A stretch of DNA of 64,000 bases. Source: an uncultured virus (IMG/VR IMGVR_UViG_3300030329_003290) (taxonomy: Duplodnaviria; Heunggongvirae; Uroviricota; Caudoviricetes). Location of the stretch: IMG/VR virus record IMGVR_UViG_3300030329_003290. One strand, 5' to 3'. The notes under the pieces were generated by a model. It saw nothing but the letters and a program-made list of their open reading frames with translations, did no database searches and was not told where the DNA came from. Shown in pieces: positions 8,441-17,751 of the stretch. The translations under genes and the position numbers were made by a program. How positions within the stretch are numbered: position 1 is the stretch's first letter; each line of letters opens with the position of its first letter.

Positions 8441-10450
8441 TTAGCTAGCATAGTCTTGATCATCGTTATCACCAGTCATTGGTGTTATCTCACAAGAGTC
8501 ATTGTTACAAAATTTATCTACATCGGCCTCTTCATTTTTGATTACACCGAAAGATAGTTTACCCAATTTACTTACCTCGCTTTTATAAGTTTTTTCATCA
8601 ATTGCTTCGTATGGCATTTGTTTATAAGCACCATAATCGTGTCTTGGTAATAATGAAATACCTTTCAAATGGTACTGATAATAATTCAAACACGGAGCAA
8701 TCTGATTTGCTTCTGTTTCAGGATTAAATGTAACTGTACAACTTACTTGATTATCAGCCCAATGTCTTTGAAGAAAAGCGGCTAAACCGAATTGTTCCCA
8801 AATCGAAAGTTCAGCCGCTGTTCTAATCCCCTCACCGACATCCACAGGAATTTCTACAACATTTGTTGTGTCCTCTGAACCAAATGCTGGTTCTATTTTA
8901 TAACCTGCCTTCTTCAATGGTTCTATTAATTCTGAATGTTTGGAAATTCTTATTCGCCTAATGTAAAAACGACTCTCAGGGTAATGTAATCCTGGAGTCG
9001 CTCCTGCAAGTAAAGAAACTGTACCTGATGGTTTCACCGATGTTGTCTTGATAGATCGTGGAACAGCAAACCAATCTGAATACATTTTATCCCAATCTTG
9101 TATAACATCAAACCCATCATTTAACCATTCTTTTAAAGTATTGATTCCTCTATATGTAATAAATTGTGCTACTCCACTTACACTACATCCGATTCTTCTA
9201 TTTCGTAACATCACACGATTTGTATCTGGCCAATGTGTTCTACCTAATGTTACTGTCTTAGCATATAAGTAAGCGTATTTGAGGGTTCTAGCGTAGTCCT
9301 CAAAGGTTTCGTGGTTGTTTGGGAATGTTTCTACTAAGCAACATAACTCATATGATTCCAATGATTGTTCTAAACAAGGATTGCCACCAGCTACTCGATG
9401 GTCTTTGTTATCACCACCATTTTTCATACGAGAATACTTTCTCATATTATCTAACCATGCAAATCCAGGCTCACCATTATCCACAATTCGTTTTGCAGCT
9501 TCTGTATAATCCATACCCAATTCTGCGAATATACTATTATTACTTGTCCATCCATATTGTTCTCTGTGTGGGTTAACTTTATAATTTTTCAAATCTAAAT
9601 ATTCTTCTGAATTAGGATCACCAAATACTATTTCAGCAGTTCTACGAACATTTCCTGCCACAACACATTTACCTATGAGATTCATTATGTCTACAATTGT
9701 GGTTACTGTGATTGGTTCTCCACCATTTTTATCAAGAACCTTTCGTACTGCTTCGTGAACTTCTTGTAATGGTTCATATCCACTTGACACTCCACCGAAT
9801 CCACTAATAGGTGCTCCAGCAGGTCTTATCTTTTGATAATCAAATTCCATTGGTGCTTGACCATGAAAGTAACTTTCTAATAGCAACTTTAGAGATTCAA
9901 CCCAACCCTCACGAGTATCAGGTATCTCATAAATTTGTTCATCTCTACTACTGTCTACTCCCTTTACAACTATTTCTCCCGCACCTTTTGTATCAAAACC
10001 AACACCGACACCTAACATACTGGCATCCATAAGGAAACAGAAAGGTTTAGCATAATCTTCTTTTAGTGTTTTCGTAGATACGAAAGCACAATTGTTTAGG
10101 GCGGCGTATAATCCCTTTTTCTCTGTGATAGGTGTTCCCATCGCCCACAGACCGCGTCCAGGAGGCAAAAACTTCATAGTGAAAATTCGCTCATACATAT
10201 CTTGAGCAGATGCTTGAGCTTGCCACGCGTTCCACCCTAATTGATGTGATTCAATCCATTCCTTTTGCATTGAATAAGTTCCCTCTACAACTCTTTGTAC
10301 AGTCTCCCACCATCTTTCGTTTTTTCCATTTTCTTTAATTCTTGAATAAGTTCTCATATAAACTAATTCACCCAGTCCGTTAAATCCAAAGGGTGCTTTT
10401 TTTCTTTTATACTTACTTATAAAATTTTCCGACAATTTAAATTTGTCCAT
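8441..10450 (-). CDS. nrdJ: Class II (adenosylcobalamin-dependent) ribonucleotide reductase, monomeric RTPR type
   Basis: PPGRGLW, ALNNCAF, CVVAGNVRRTAEI, NPCLEQ, ELCCLVE, TSVKPSGTVSLL, C-terminal FCNNDSC cysteine pair. Confidence 0.93.
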   Translation of the reverse strand: MDKFKLSENFISKYKRKKAPFGFNGLGELVYMRTYSRIKENGKNERWWETVQRVVEGTYSMQKEWIESHQLGWNAWQAQASAQDMYERIFTMKFLPPGRGLWAMGTPITEKKGLYAALNNCAFVSTKTLKEDYAKPFCFLMDASMLGVGVGFDTKGAGEIVVKGVDSSRDEQIYEIPDTREGWVESLKLLLESYFHGQAPMEFDYQKIRPAGAPISGFGGVSSGYEPLQEVHEAVRKVLDKNGGEPITVTTIVDIMNLIGKCVVAGNVRRTAEIVFGDPNSEEYLDLKNYKVNPHREQYGWTSNNSIFAELGMDYTEAAKRIVDNGEPGFAWLDNMRKYSRMKNGGDNKDHRVAGGNPCLEQSLESYELCCLVETFPNNHETFEDYARTLKYAYLYAKTVTLGRTHWPDTNRVMLRNRRIGCSVSGVAQFITYRGINTLKEWLNDGFDVIQDWDKMYSDWFAVPRSIKTTSVKPSGTVSLLAGATPGLHYPESRFYIRRIRISKHSELIEPLKKAGYKIEPAFGSEDTTNVVEIPVDVGEGIRTAAELSIWEQFGLAAFLQRHWADNQVSCTVTFNPETEANQIAPCLNYYQYHLKGISLLPRHDYGAYKQMPYEAIDEKTYKSEVSKLGKLSFGVIKNEEADVDKFCNNDSCEITPMTGDNDDQDYAS

Positions 10451-10514
10451 AGTAACTCCTTAGCAACATCATTATTTTCACAACACGTATAATTATAATA
10501 TATATCATCTTATG

Positions 10515-11873
10515 TTACTCAAATCCTTTTAAATCTTTGTATTTTTGTGATAAAGTTTTTCTTAGATATTCATCTGAATTATTCATCTTTCCTTGAGCCT
10601 CTTTACCACCAACAGTGCTAGATTCATACACTTCAATTCTACCAGTATTAGTATTAATATTTGCTGGAAAGGTAATTCCATCAACACCAAATCTATTTTT
10701 GATTACATGCACCCTACCAGTATTAGCTATCTTATCTTCTACCTTACGACTTACCGACATAACAAAGTCTGCTGTCATAACCTTAGAATAATCTTCAGAT
10801 ACTTTACTGGCATCAATTACTTCTTCTTCCAATGAACTTCTATTTGCCTGTGATGCTGTCCATATCGGAACATCAAACTCACCAGCCATACCACGAAGAT
10901 TTTCATAAGTCTCACCAGTTGCATGTCTCTTCTCTTTATAGAATGTGGTTGGTTTTAGAATATCAGCGTAATCCACAATCACAACATCAGGTTTGATTTC
11001 TTGTATCTCCATTTGTTTGAGATGAGCAGCTAATGTGTTTACAGATGCGGAACGGGTAGGATAATATTTGATAATCAATTTACCAGCCAATCCATCTATA
11101 ACCTTTTGTACATCTTCTTGATAAAACTTTATATTAGCAGTTGGTGTCCCACTAAACACTGTATCATATCTAAGTCCAACATAAGACTCATTCAACTCTA
11201 AAGTATAGTGAACTACAGTCTTACCCTCTTTTACCAAATGAGCACCCAATGATTGTAAGCACCAAGTCTTACCAATACCAGCAGGTGCAACTAACACACC
11301 CAACTCACCACCAGCCAATCCACCATCCATAACATTGGTAATAGAATCCCAAGGTGTTGGTAATGTATTTCTTACTGATGATGTGAGTCTATCTTCTAAT
11401 GATATAATATAGTCATGTCCTAAATCTCTTTCACTACCAGCTTTCATAGCACCATCGATTAGAACCTTTATCTCATCATACTTTTTCTGTTCCAACAAAT
11501 CTACCGATTCCATAATGGAATTTTTGATAACTTGATTCTTACAGAATCCTAATGTTTCTTCTTTTACAAACTCTAAATCTGTAGACTCTATATTTCTCCA
11601 AGCATCCTTTAGATTTTCTATAACAGATACTTTCAAAATCTCATCATCCATCTGATTGATTTTGATTTTCAATACTTCTAAAGTAGGAGCTTTTCTATAC
11701 TCCATAAAGTACTTAGCTATTTGTTTAGTCAACCACTTATTAGCATCTGAATCGAAGTATTCAGGTTCTAATATGTCGTTGATTGTTTGTATAAATTTAT
11801 TGTCTGATAAAAGTGATGATATTATTTTGGCCTGAAAAGAAGGACCAAACTGATTAAAATTTTCATTCGTCAT
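10515..11873 (-). CDS. Replicative DnaB-like helicase (T4 gp41-like)
   Basis: Walker A APAGIGKT, HYTLEL, VIVDYADIL, WTASQANR, KNRFG. Confidence 0.93.
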   Translation of the reverse strand: MTNENFNQFGPSFQAKIISSLLSDNKFIQTINDILEPEYFDSDANKWLTKQIAKYFMEYRKAPTLEVLKIKINQMDDEILKVSVIENLKDAWRNIESTDLEFVKEETLGFCKNQVIKNSIMESVDLLEQKKYDEIKVLIDGAMKAGSERDLGHDYIISLEDRLTSSVRNTLPTPWDSITNVMDGGLAGGELGVLVAPAGIGKTWCLQSLGAHLVKEGKTVVHYTLELNESYVGLRYDTVFSGTPTANIKFYQEDVQKVIDGLAGKLIIKYYPTRSASVNTLAAHLKQMEIQEIKPDVVIVDYADILKPTTFYKEKRHATGETYENLRGMAGEFDVPIWTASQANRSSLEEEVIDASKVSEDYSKVMTADFVMSVSRKVEDKIANTGRVHVIKNRFGVDGITFPANINTNTGRIEVYESSTVGGKEAQGKMNNSDEYLRKTLSQKYKDLKGFE

Positions 11874-12042
11874 ATAATTCTTTTATTTGTTTTTGTTTTA
11901 GTTCTAATTGTTTCTTTCTACGATATCGTTCACGAGCCTTAGCTTGTAAAACAGCCCTATTTCTTTTATAGTATTCCATAGACCATTTTCGTTGAGCTTC
12001 TTTTCTTTCTTCTTCTGAGTTATATTTTCTATATCTACCCAT
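11863..12042 (-). CDS. Small basic protein (59 aa)
   Basis: Below ORF-track cutoff: MGRYRKYNSEEERKEAQRKWSMEYYKRNRAVLQAKARERYRRKKQLELKQKQIKELYDE. Overlaps both neighbours and fills the gap. Confidence 0.65.
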   Translation of the reverse strand: MGRYRKYNSEEERKEAQRKWSMEYYKRNRAVLQAKARERYRRKKQLELKQKQIKELYDE

Positions 12043-13060
12043 TTGCTTTCTCAGCCATCTGATTTAATTTCCCAAAACATTGAACTAACCAACTATCCAT
12101 ATTTGGTAATGTGGCAAATAACCTATCTTCTATGAACCTTTTTTGAAATTGTAATTTATTAAGTTTGTTTATAGGTTCACGAACTTTATCCATTATTTTT
12201 GTTTTAGCAGAAGTGCTAATGTCTACCTCATCCAATTGCATGAGATGATAATTTCTTTTCAATAACTCCTCACTCTCTTTGAGCTTTTCATCTTCATTTA
12301 TTATATCGTCTATATTAAGTATATCGTCTTCGAGCAAAAGTGGTAATTTTTTTTGAATAGTTTTCAATCCCCAACCACGAACACCATCTATGTTATCAGA
12401 TTTGTCTCCATCTATTGATCTGTATACAGCAAAGTTGTGAGATGGTATTCCATAATCCTCTAACACCTTTGGTGGATCGTACATTTTCTTTTTTGTGGGA
12501 GACCAAACTGAAACTCTGTGATTTACTAATTGTAGAAAGTCTTTATCTGTAGACATCAAAACTATTTTAGATGTCTTTAGAATCTGCTTGGTGACATAAG
12601 CCATCGTATCATCAGCTTCAATATTCTCAATTGTAATAGTGGTAACTGGCAAATATTCCAAATAGTCAATGACTCTAGTTATCTGTAAAACCATTGATTG
12701 GTGTTCATCTTCCTTTGAAGCAAAATCATAAGCCCTATTCAATCTTTTAGACATTGAACGACCAGCTTTATATTGTGGAAATATTTTCTTACGGCGATTA
12801 GACCCACCTTTACCATCAAAAACGATGATGGTTCTAGTAGGTCTAATTGTTTTTATAGCGTATCCGATTGACCTTAGAAAACCAACTATTCCCCCAACAT
12901 GAGCACCGTCATCATTGAGAGTTGGTATAGCACTAAAACATCTTATGAATGTATTTAGACCATCTATAATCAATACCTTATCGTCAGGATTTTCTGACTC
13001 TACGCTTCCACCTTTTTTCTTTATTTCTTCAAGTATTGATAAATACTTAGCATTACTCAC
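12035..13060 (-). CDS. T4 RNase H-like 5'-3' exonuclease / flap endonuclease
   Basis: IIDGLNTF, IVFDGKG, YKAGR, EADD, STDKDFLQL, GDKSDNIDGV.G.G.KT. Likely GTG start at 13060 overlapping the recA stop. Confidence 0.92.
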   Translation of the reverse strand: MSNAKYLSILEEIKKKGGSVESENPDDKVLIIDGLNTFIRCFSAIPTLNDDGAHVGGIVGFLRSIGYAIKTIRPTRTIIVFDGKGGSNRRKKIFPQYKAGRSMSKRLNRAYDFASKEDEHQSMVLQITRVIDYLEYLPVTTITIENIEADDTMAYVTKQILKTSKIVLMSTDKDFLQLVNHRVSVWSPTKKKMYDPPKVLEDYGIPSHNFAVYRSIDGDKSDNIDGVRGWGLKTIQKKLPLLLEDDILNIDDIINEDEKLKESEELLKRNYHLMQLDEVDISTSAKTKIMDKVREPINKLNKLQFQKRFIEDRLFATLPNMDSWLVQCFGKLNQMAEKANG

Positions 13061-14150
13061 CGACAACCTCTTCTGTAATCTCAACATCATCGATACCGAT
13101 TTCAGCTTTGTTATACTTGAGGATTATCTTATCACAAATCATATTGTAACAATGTTCTTTGAACTCTTCGTCTTCCAACTTTTCAGACCAATCTTTGGAT
13201 TGGAATTTTATTTCCTCACCATTATGGTCTTTCATAGTATACCAAGCACCACCAACTTTTGCAATCTTATGTTCTTTTAGAACCTGTAACCAACTACCCT
13301 CATCATCAATACCACTTTCAAAATAGAGTGGGAACTCAGCTTTTCGTAATGGAGGACCTAATCTGTTTTTTATTACTTGTGCCAGAATAGTCATACCTAT
13401 TACATTCTTTTTAGAGTCTTTTATCTGACCTTTGTTCTTCAAACGAATACGGGTTGATGCGTGAAATGGAAGAGCCTTACCACCTGAAGTTGTATAAGGG
13501 TCTCCAAACATAGCACCCAATTTTACTCTAAGTTGATTTGTAAATACTAAAGCAATTTTCTGTCTACCAATCATCTGAGTAATCTTTCTCATAGCTTTTG
13601 ATATTACAATTGCTTTGGAAGTAGCCCAACCATCTTTATCGAAGTCAGCTTCTAACTCTACCTTGGTAGTAGCAGCTGCAAGTGAATCAACTAAGATGGT
13701 TACTAACCTATCTTTATCTGACTCTCTTACTTTAGTTACAATCTCTTCTATAGCCTCAAAGATATCCTCAACAGTCTCTAAGTGTAAGTATAACATATTA
13801 TTTATGTTCACTCCTATGACTTCTAAGAAGTCTTCACTTACAGCAGTTTCTGTATCTATGTAAACAGCAACACCACCTTTTTTCTGTGTCTCAGCAAGTA
13901 TGTGTGCACCAATAAGTGATTTACCACTACTCTCTAATCCATTCAACTCTGTAATTCTACCAACGGCAATACCACCATTAGGTCGATTGGAAATAGCTAA
14001 ATCCAACATTGTTGAGCCACTAGAAATAAATTCTTTTATATCTGTGGGTGTTTCGGTGGCACCATCTAAGAAATATGCAACCTTATAATCTTTGAATTTT
14101 TTATTTAGGGAATCCGCTAAAACCCCAGCCAAATCGTCTTTTACTGACAT
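13053..14150 (-). CDS. recA: RecA/UvsX recombinase
   Basis: GRITELNGLESSGKS, YIDTE, VDSLAA, FTNQLR, TTSGGKALPFHASTRIRL, KNRLGPP. Confidence 0.93.
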   Translation of the reverse strand: MSVKDDLAGVLADSLNKKFKDYKVAYFLDGATETPTDIKEFISSGSTMLDLAISNRPNGGIAVGRITELNGLESSGKSLIGAHILAETQKKGGVAVYIDTETAVSEDFLEVIGVNINNMLYLHLETVEDIFEAIEEIVTKVRESDKDRLVTILVDSLAAATTKVELEADFDKDGWATSKAIVISKAMRKITQMIGRQKIALVFTNQLRVKLGAMFGDPYTTSGGKALPFHASTRIRLKNKGQIKDSKKNVIGMTILAQVIKNRLGPPLRKAEFPLYFESGIDDEGSWLQVLKEHKIAKVGGAWYTMKDHNGEEIKFQSKDWSEKLEDEEFKEHCYNMICDKIILKYNKAEIGIDDVEITEEVVGE

Positions 14151-14163
14151 ATATTTCTCCTAT

Positions 14164-14245
14164 AAAAAAACAAGGGTGGTTCCAGAAGTATCAATAATGG
14201 GTGCAGTACCGATAACTAACAGTGGCTCTAAACCTTAGCCACCCT
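14164..14245 (-). other. Structured intergenic RNA / terminator-like element between ssb and recA
   Basis: AGGGUGG...CCACCCU outer stem followed by UGUUUUUUU; inner stem UAUCGGUA/UAUUGAUA; alternative GUGGCU/AGCCAC hairpin. Confidence 0.45.
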
Positions 14246-14261
14246 ATATTTTATTGTTTAC

Positions 14262-15026
14262 TTACTTACTAAAAAGTTCATCAAAAGCAGCACTAGCATC
14301 TTCAACCTTCGTTGAATTTTCTATTACAGCACTTTCTTTTACTTTTGTAGTATTAGTTTCTTCTTCATCAGTAGATTCAGATGGGTTCAACCATTCATTT
14401 AAAACCTCTGTAAGTTCTTCATAGGTTCTTTCCTGATACAACTCAGTAATATCTTTTTGGTTCTCTAAAAGATTTTCTAATTGAGCTTTATCCTCTACGA
14501 TTGGAGTCTGGTTCGGTTTCACACGAATAGAGGTTTTTGGAAAAGAAGCACCACTTTCTTCAGCAGTAATGAACTCTACAGATACATCACGACCATTTAC
14601 AGGATCAGTAATATCACCATAATCTGGATCGGCAATTACAGAAAGTAATTCTTGATAAACAGTCTTACCAAAACCCCAAAACTTAACACCTTGTGATTCT
14701 TCACCACGAACTACGATTGGAGCAAAGGTTCTCATCTTTGATTCCAATTTACGAGCCATTTGGTATTCCTCACGATTGCCACTTGTTTTGAGTTTTTGTG
14801 CAAACTCTTCAATTGGGTCTGGACGACCAAATGTGATTGGTGAAAGATAGGTTTTATTATTCAAACCAAAATGAAAAAACAATTCAATGAAAGGATTATC
14901 CTTATTATGTTTATAAGGTAAAACTCTAATTACTTGTTTTCCTGGTTGAGGTTTCCATAGGTTTGAAGTCCTATTGTTTGTTGTTTGAAGTTGATTAAGA
15001 CGCTTACGAATTGAATTAATATCCAT
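14262..15026 (-). CDS. Single-stranded DNA-binding protein (T4 gp32-like)
   Basis: LWKP..GKQVIRVLP, FWGFGKTVYQ, DITDPVNGRD, acidic tail ending AFDELFSK; located next to recA. Confidence 0.85.
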   Translation of the reverse strand: MDINSIRKRLNQLQTTNNRTSNLWKPQPGKQVIRVLPYKHNKDNPFIELFFHFGLNNKTYLSPITFGRPDPIEEFAQKLKTSGNREEYQMARKLESKMRTFAPIVVRGEESQGVKFWGFGKTVYQELLSVIADPDYGDITDPVNGRDVSVEFITAEESGASFPKTSIRVKPNQTPIVEDKAQLENLLENQKDITELYQERTYEELTEVLNEWLNPSESTDEEETNTTKVKESAVIENSTKVEDASAAFDELFSK

Positions 15027-15127
15027 TTGTTATTCTCCTTATGTATTATTTATTTTTCATTTCTAAGTTACTATCGTAACCATTGTTATAATAAGTATCA
15101 CCTACTTATCTAAAATTCAAATTTATT

Positions 15128-15541
15128 TTAGATCCTATCGAAGTTTTTCGTGTCTACTATCTTATACAATTTTGTAGGGATTTTGTTTAGACCCGCATCA
15201 TTGGTCAATAATAATGAGTTTTTATAATTTTCCCAAGGTACAGGAAATCTCTTATCCAACACTCCATTGTTCAAACTTCTTATTACTTCATTCAGAGCAT
15301 TGATTGAATATAATGTATTTGTTTGTTTCTTTCTATGTAGTGAAATAGTATTTGGAATATCTTCAGCAACATAATCATCTTCATAAGTTACATTGTAAGT
15401 ACAAATCATCTGATTAGGTTCTGATAAATTTTGGAATACATAGACCTTATCATATAAAATATCATTACACTCTATAATAAGTTCGAGAATATCATCAAGT
15501 CTATCTCTTGTAGAGAATGTGCAAAGTAGTTGAGTTCTCAT
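15128..15541 (-). CDS. Hypothetical phage protein
   Basis: 137-aa ORF (QLLCTF, TISLHRKKQTNTLYSINALN), coupled to the upstream gene by TAATG. Confidence 0.7.
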   Translation of the reverse strand: MRTQLLCTFSTRDRLDDILELIIECNDILYDKVYVFQNLSEPNQMICTYNVTYEDDYVAEDIPNTISLHRKKQTNTLYSINALNEVIRSLNNGVLDKRFPVPWENYKNSLLLTNDAGLNKIPTKLYKIVDTKNFDRI

Positions 15542-17751
15542 TATATGTTAGTACCTAATTTTTCATTAACTTCATCTAATTTTACTTGAGCATATTCCTT
15601 TGGTGTATATTCTTTTCCTTTGTATACAATAATCAGATTACCATCATCATCCTTTTTCCAACCAGCTCTAGTTTTTGTTTCATTACCAGATGGGCTTAGC
15701 CCATAAGCACTTGCGTATTTGACTAAGTTATCATCATCTAAAGCACCTCTTTTTATTAAACTGGCAGTCATTACTTCATTAGCCATACCCGCATCAAGAA
15801 CTTCACTATTACTAGAATCCTTTATACTATCTTCCCATTTTTGTCTCAATGCTTGTCTCTCTGATACTGGAGTTCCTGCCATAGTCATAGCAAACCCTCT
15901 AAAATAGCCATCCGTTCCAGAAATGGAAGTAGCCCTACGACCACTTGGGTCTTGAACATATCTTGTCAATCCCATAGCGTTAACTAACTTCTTACCAATT
16001 TTAGATGAAATAGCTTTGATACTTTTCTTATCCTCTTCGGAAACATCTGGCTGTGATAAAAGTTGTTTTTGAATATTTTTTATTTCCTGTTCAGCGCGTT
16101 CTATTTCATCACCCAATACTTCAGCAGTAACATTATCACCTAAAGTAGAAGAAGCAACCTCTGGCGTACCTGACTCTGAAATTTCTACATTTTCATCATG
16201 CATATCTCTGGTTGTTCCACCACCCTTTAGTTTATACTCAACATCACCTTGTAATCGTAATGCCGTTTGTTCTTCTACAGTAACTCTTCGGTTTATATCT
16301 TCAAATCCCTCTTTCTTCTTTTTAAAATATTCTTCCGATTTTGGTTTGTCGCCATCCATATGCTTATCAACATCTTCTTCAAAAAATTGTTTCATATTTT
16401 TATCTTTTTTATTTTGATTAGCTCTTGATGAAGTCAAAACCTGATTTGCTTCGTGTTCTCTATTCTTATAATCTTCTTCTGTTGGTTGTCCATTATCTTT
16501 ATTTTGAAAACCTACAACATGCTCTAAATCCATAGATTCTAAGTCAAGTGGTTCTCCAGTATAAGCATCTCTACCACCTTGTTCTAAATACATTCTCCAA
16601 ACAAGCCTTCCCCTATCATTTGATGGAACTTTACCCCTCTTTACCACAGGTTTACCATTTTCATCTTTTTTGATATTTGGGTCATTTACATCAGATGTTA
16701 TACTACCATCTTCCCGTACATAGCCAAGAAAATGTAATTTTTCACCTGATTTACCAGTTTTACCTTTACCTTTTAGTGCATTTTTTACAGCTTCTGGAAG
16801 TGAATCATAACTAGCCCTAACTGTATCTTCTGAAACTTTTCTGTTTCTAACTTTCCTAACACCCTTTTCTACTTCTTCTGGTATAGCGTCATCATACATT
16901 TCCTCTAAGCGTTTTCTATTCTTATGAAGTAAATCGATATCATCATGTCCTAGCATATTTTTACCAACACCAGCATTCTCTCTACCCTCATATAGAAAAG
17001 CCAAGGTAGTTAGTATTAGAACTTCTTCTTGTGCATCAGCAGTTTCTAAACCTTTCTCTAATGTTTCTTCAAACTTTTCTAATTTTTTGATTCTCTTTTC
17101 TTCTTCTTTAGCCAATTCATCAAATTGAGTTCTAGCTTTTAAATTACTGATTCTCTCCTTTTGACTAACCTTACCAACTTCTTTTTCCCTTTCTTCTGGC
17201 GTCATCTTTAAAAGTCTTTTATTCAATTTAACTTTATCTCGAATAACATCTTGTTCAGCTTCCTCTTCCTTTTCCTTTTTATATATATCGGCTCGTTTAG
17301 AAGCTTTAGCAGTTCTTGTCCATTCTGGATCTTCTGGAGACATATGACCACCATCTCCATCTTTATCTCGTTCAAAATCTGATGTGCCACTTAATTTTCC
17401 ACTATCATCTTCTGGTTTTTCTTTATCTAATCCAGCAGCTTTAACAGCAGCAACTTTATCTTTATCTTTTCCATTTTTATAATCAGGATGTGATAAATAA
17501 CTTCTAGCAGTTGATTTTTTAATTTTTTGTTGTTTGCCTTTTGTGTCGGTATATGTTATAATTTTATCATCATCGTCTTTAGGTGCCTCAGTTAGATTTG
17601 AGATATAAACACTTCTTTCAGCCAACTGCCACCCAAAGTCTTTTAATACTCCTTCTAGAATCCATAAGTCTCTCTTACTTTTTGGATTGGGCATTCCATT
17701 ATTTACACGATAAGCCCATTCAATAAGAATATCATTTATACTACTGTTCAT
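15541..17751 (-). CDS. Large charged protein with an HNH endonuclease domain
   Basis: MYLEQGGRDAYTGEPLDLESMDLEHVV...ANQVLTSSRANQNKKDK is an HNH motif (about 16400-16610). Confidence 0.7.
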   Translation of the reverse strand: MNSSINDILIEWAYRVNNGMPNPKSKRDLWILEGVLKDFGWQLAERSVYISNLTEAPKDDDDKIITYTDTKGKQQKIKKSTARSYLSHPDYKNGKDKDKVAAVKAAGLDKEKPEDDSGKLSGTSDFERDKDGDGGHMSPEDPEWTRTAKASKRADIYKKEKEEEAEQDVIRDKVKLNKRLLKMTPEEREKEVGKVSQKERISNLKARTQFDELAKEEEKRIKKLEKFEETLEKGLETADAQEEVLILTTLAFLYEGRENAGVGKNMLGHDDIDLLHKNRKRLEEMYDDAIPEEVEKGVRKVRNRKVSEDTVRASYDSLPEAVKNALKGKGKTGKSGEKLHFLGYVREDGSITSDVNDPNIKKDENGKPVVKRGKVPSNDRGRLVWRMYLEQGGRDAYTGEPLDLESMDLEHVVGFQNKDNGQPTEEDYKNREHEANQVLTSSRANQNKKDKNMKQFFEEDVDKHMDGDKPKSEEYFKKKKEGFEDINRRVTVEEQTALRLQGDVEYKLKGGGTTRDMHDENVEISESGTPEVASSTLGDNVTAEVLGDEIERAEQEIKNIQKQLLSQPDVSEEDKKSIKAISSKIGKKLVNAMGLTRYVQDPSGRRATSISGTDGYFRGFAMTMAGTPVSERQALRQKWEDSIKDSSNSEVLDAGMANEVMTASLIKRGALDDDNLVKYASAYGLSPSGNETKTRAGWKKDDDGNLIIVYKGKEYTPKEYAQVKLDEVNEKLGTNI

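Noticed and set aside
1258..14150. Inteins or group I introns in polB, nrdJ, helicase or recA
   Set aside because: The ORFs are continuous and of normal length, with no Hint or LAGLIDADG-like insertions seen.
14173..14245. tRNA gene
   Set aside because: The size and terminal stem are tRNA-like, but there is no TTCRA T-loop, D-arm or anticodon arm. Kept only as a structured RNA candidate.
15541..17751. Cas9/IscB call for the HNH protein
   Set aside because: Only the HNH segment resembles Cas9. No RuvC motifs, bridge helix, CRISPR array or room for an adjacent ncRNA is visible; the gene overlaps both neighbours.
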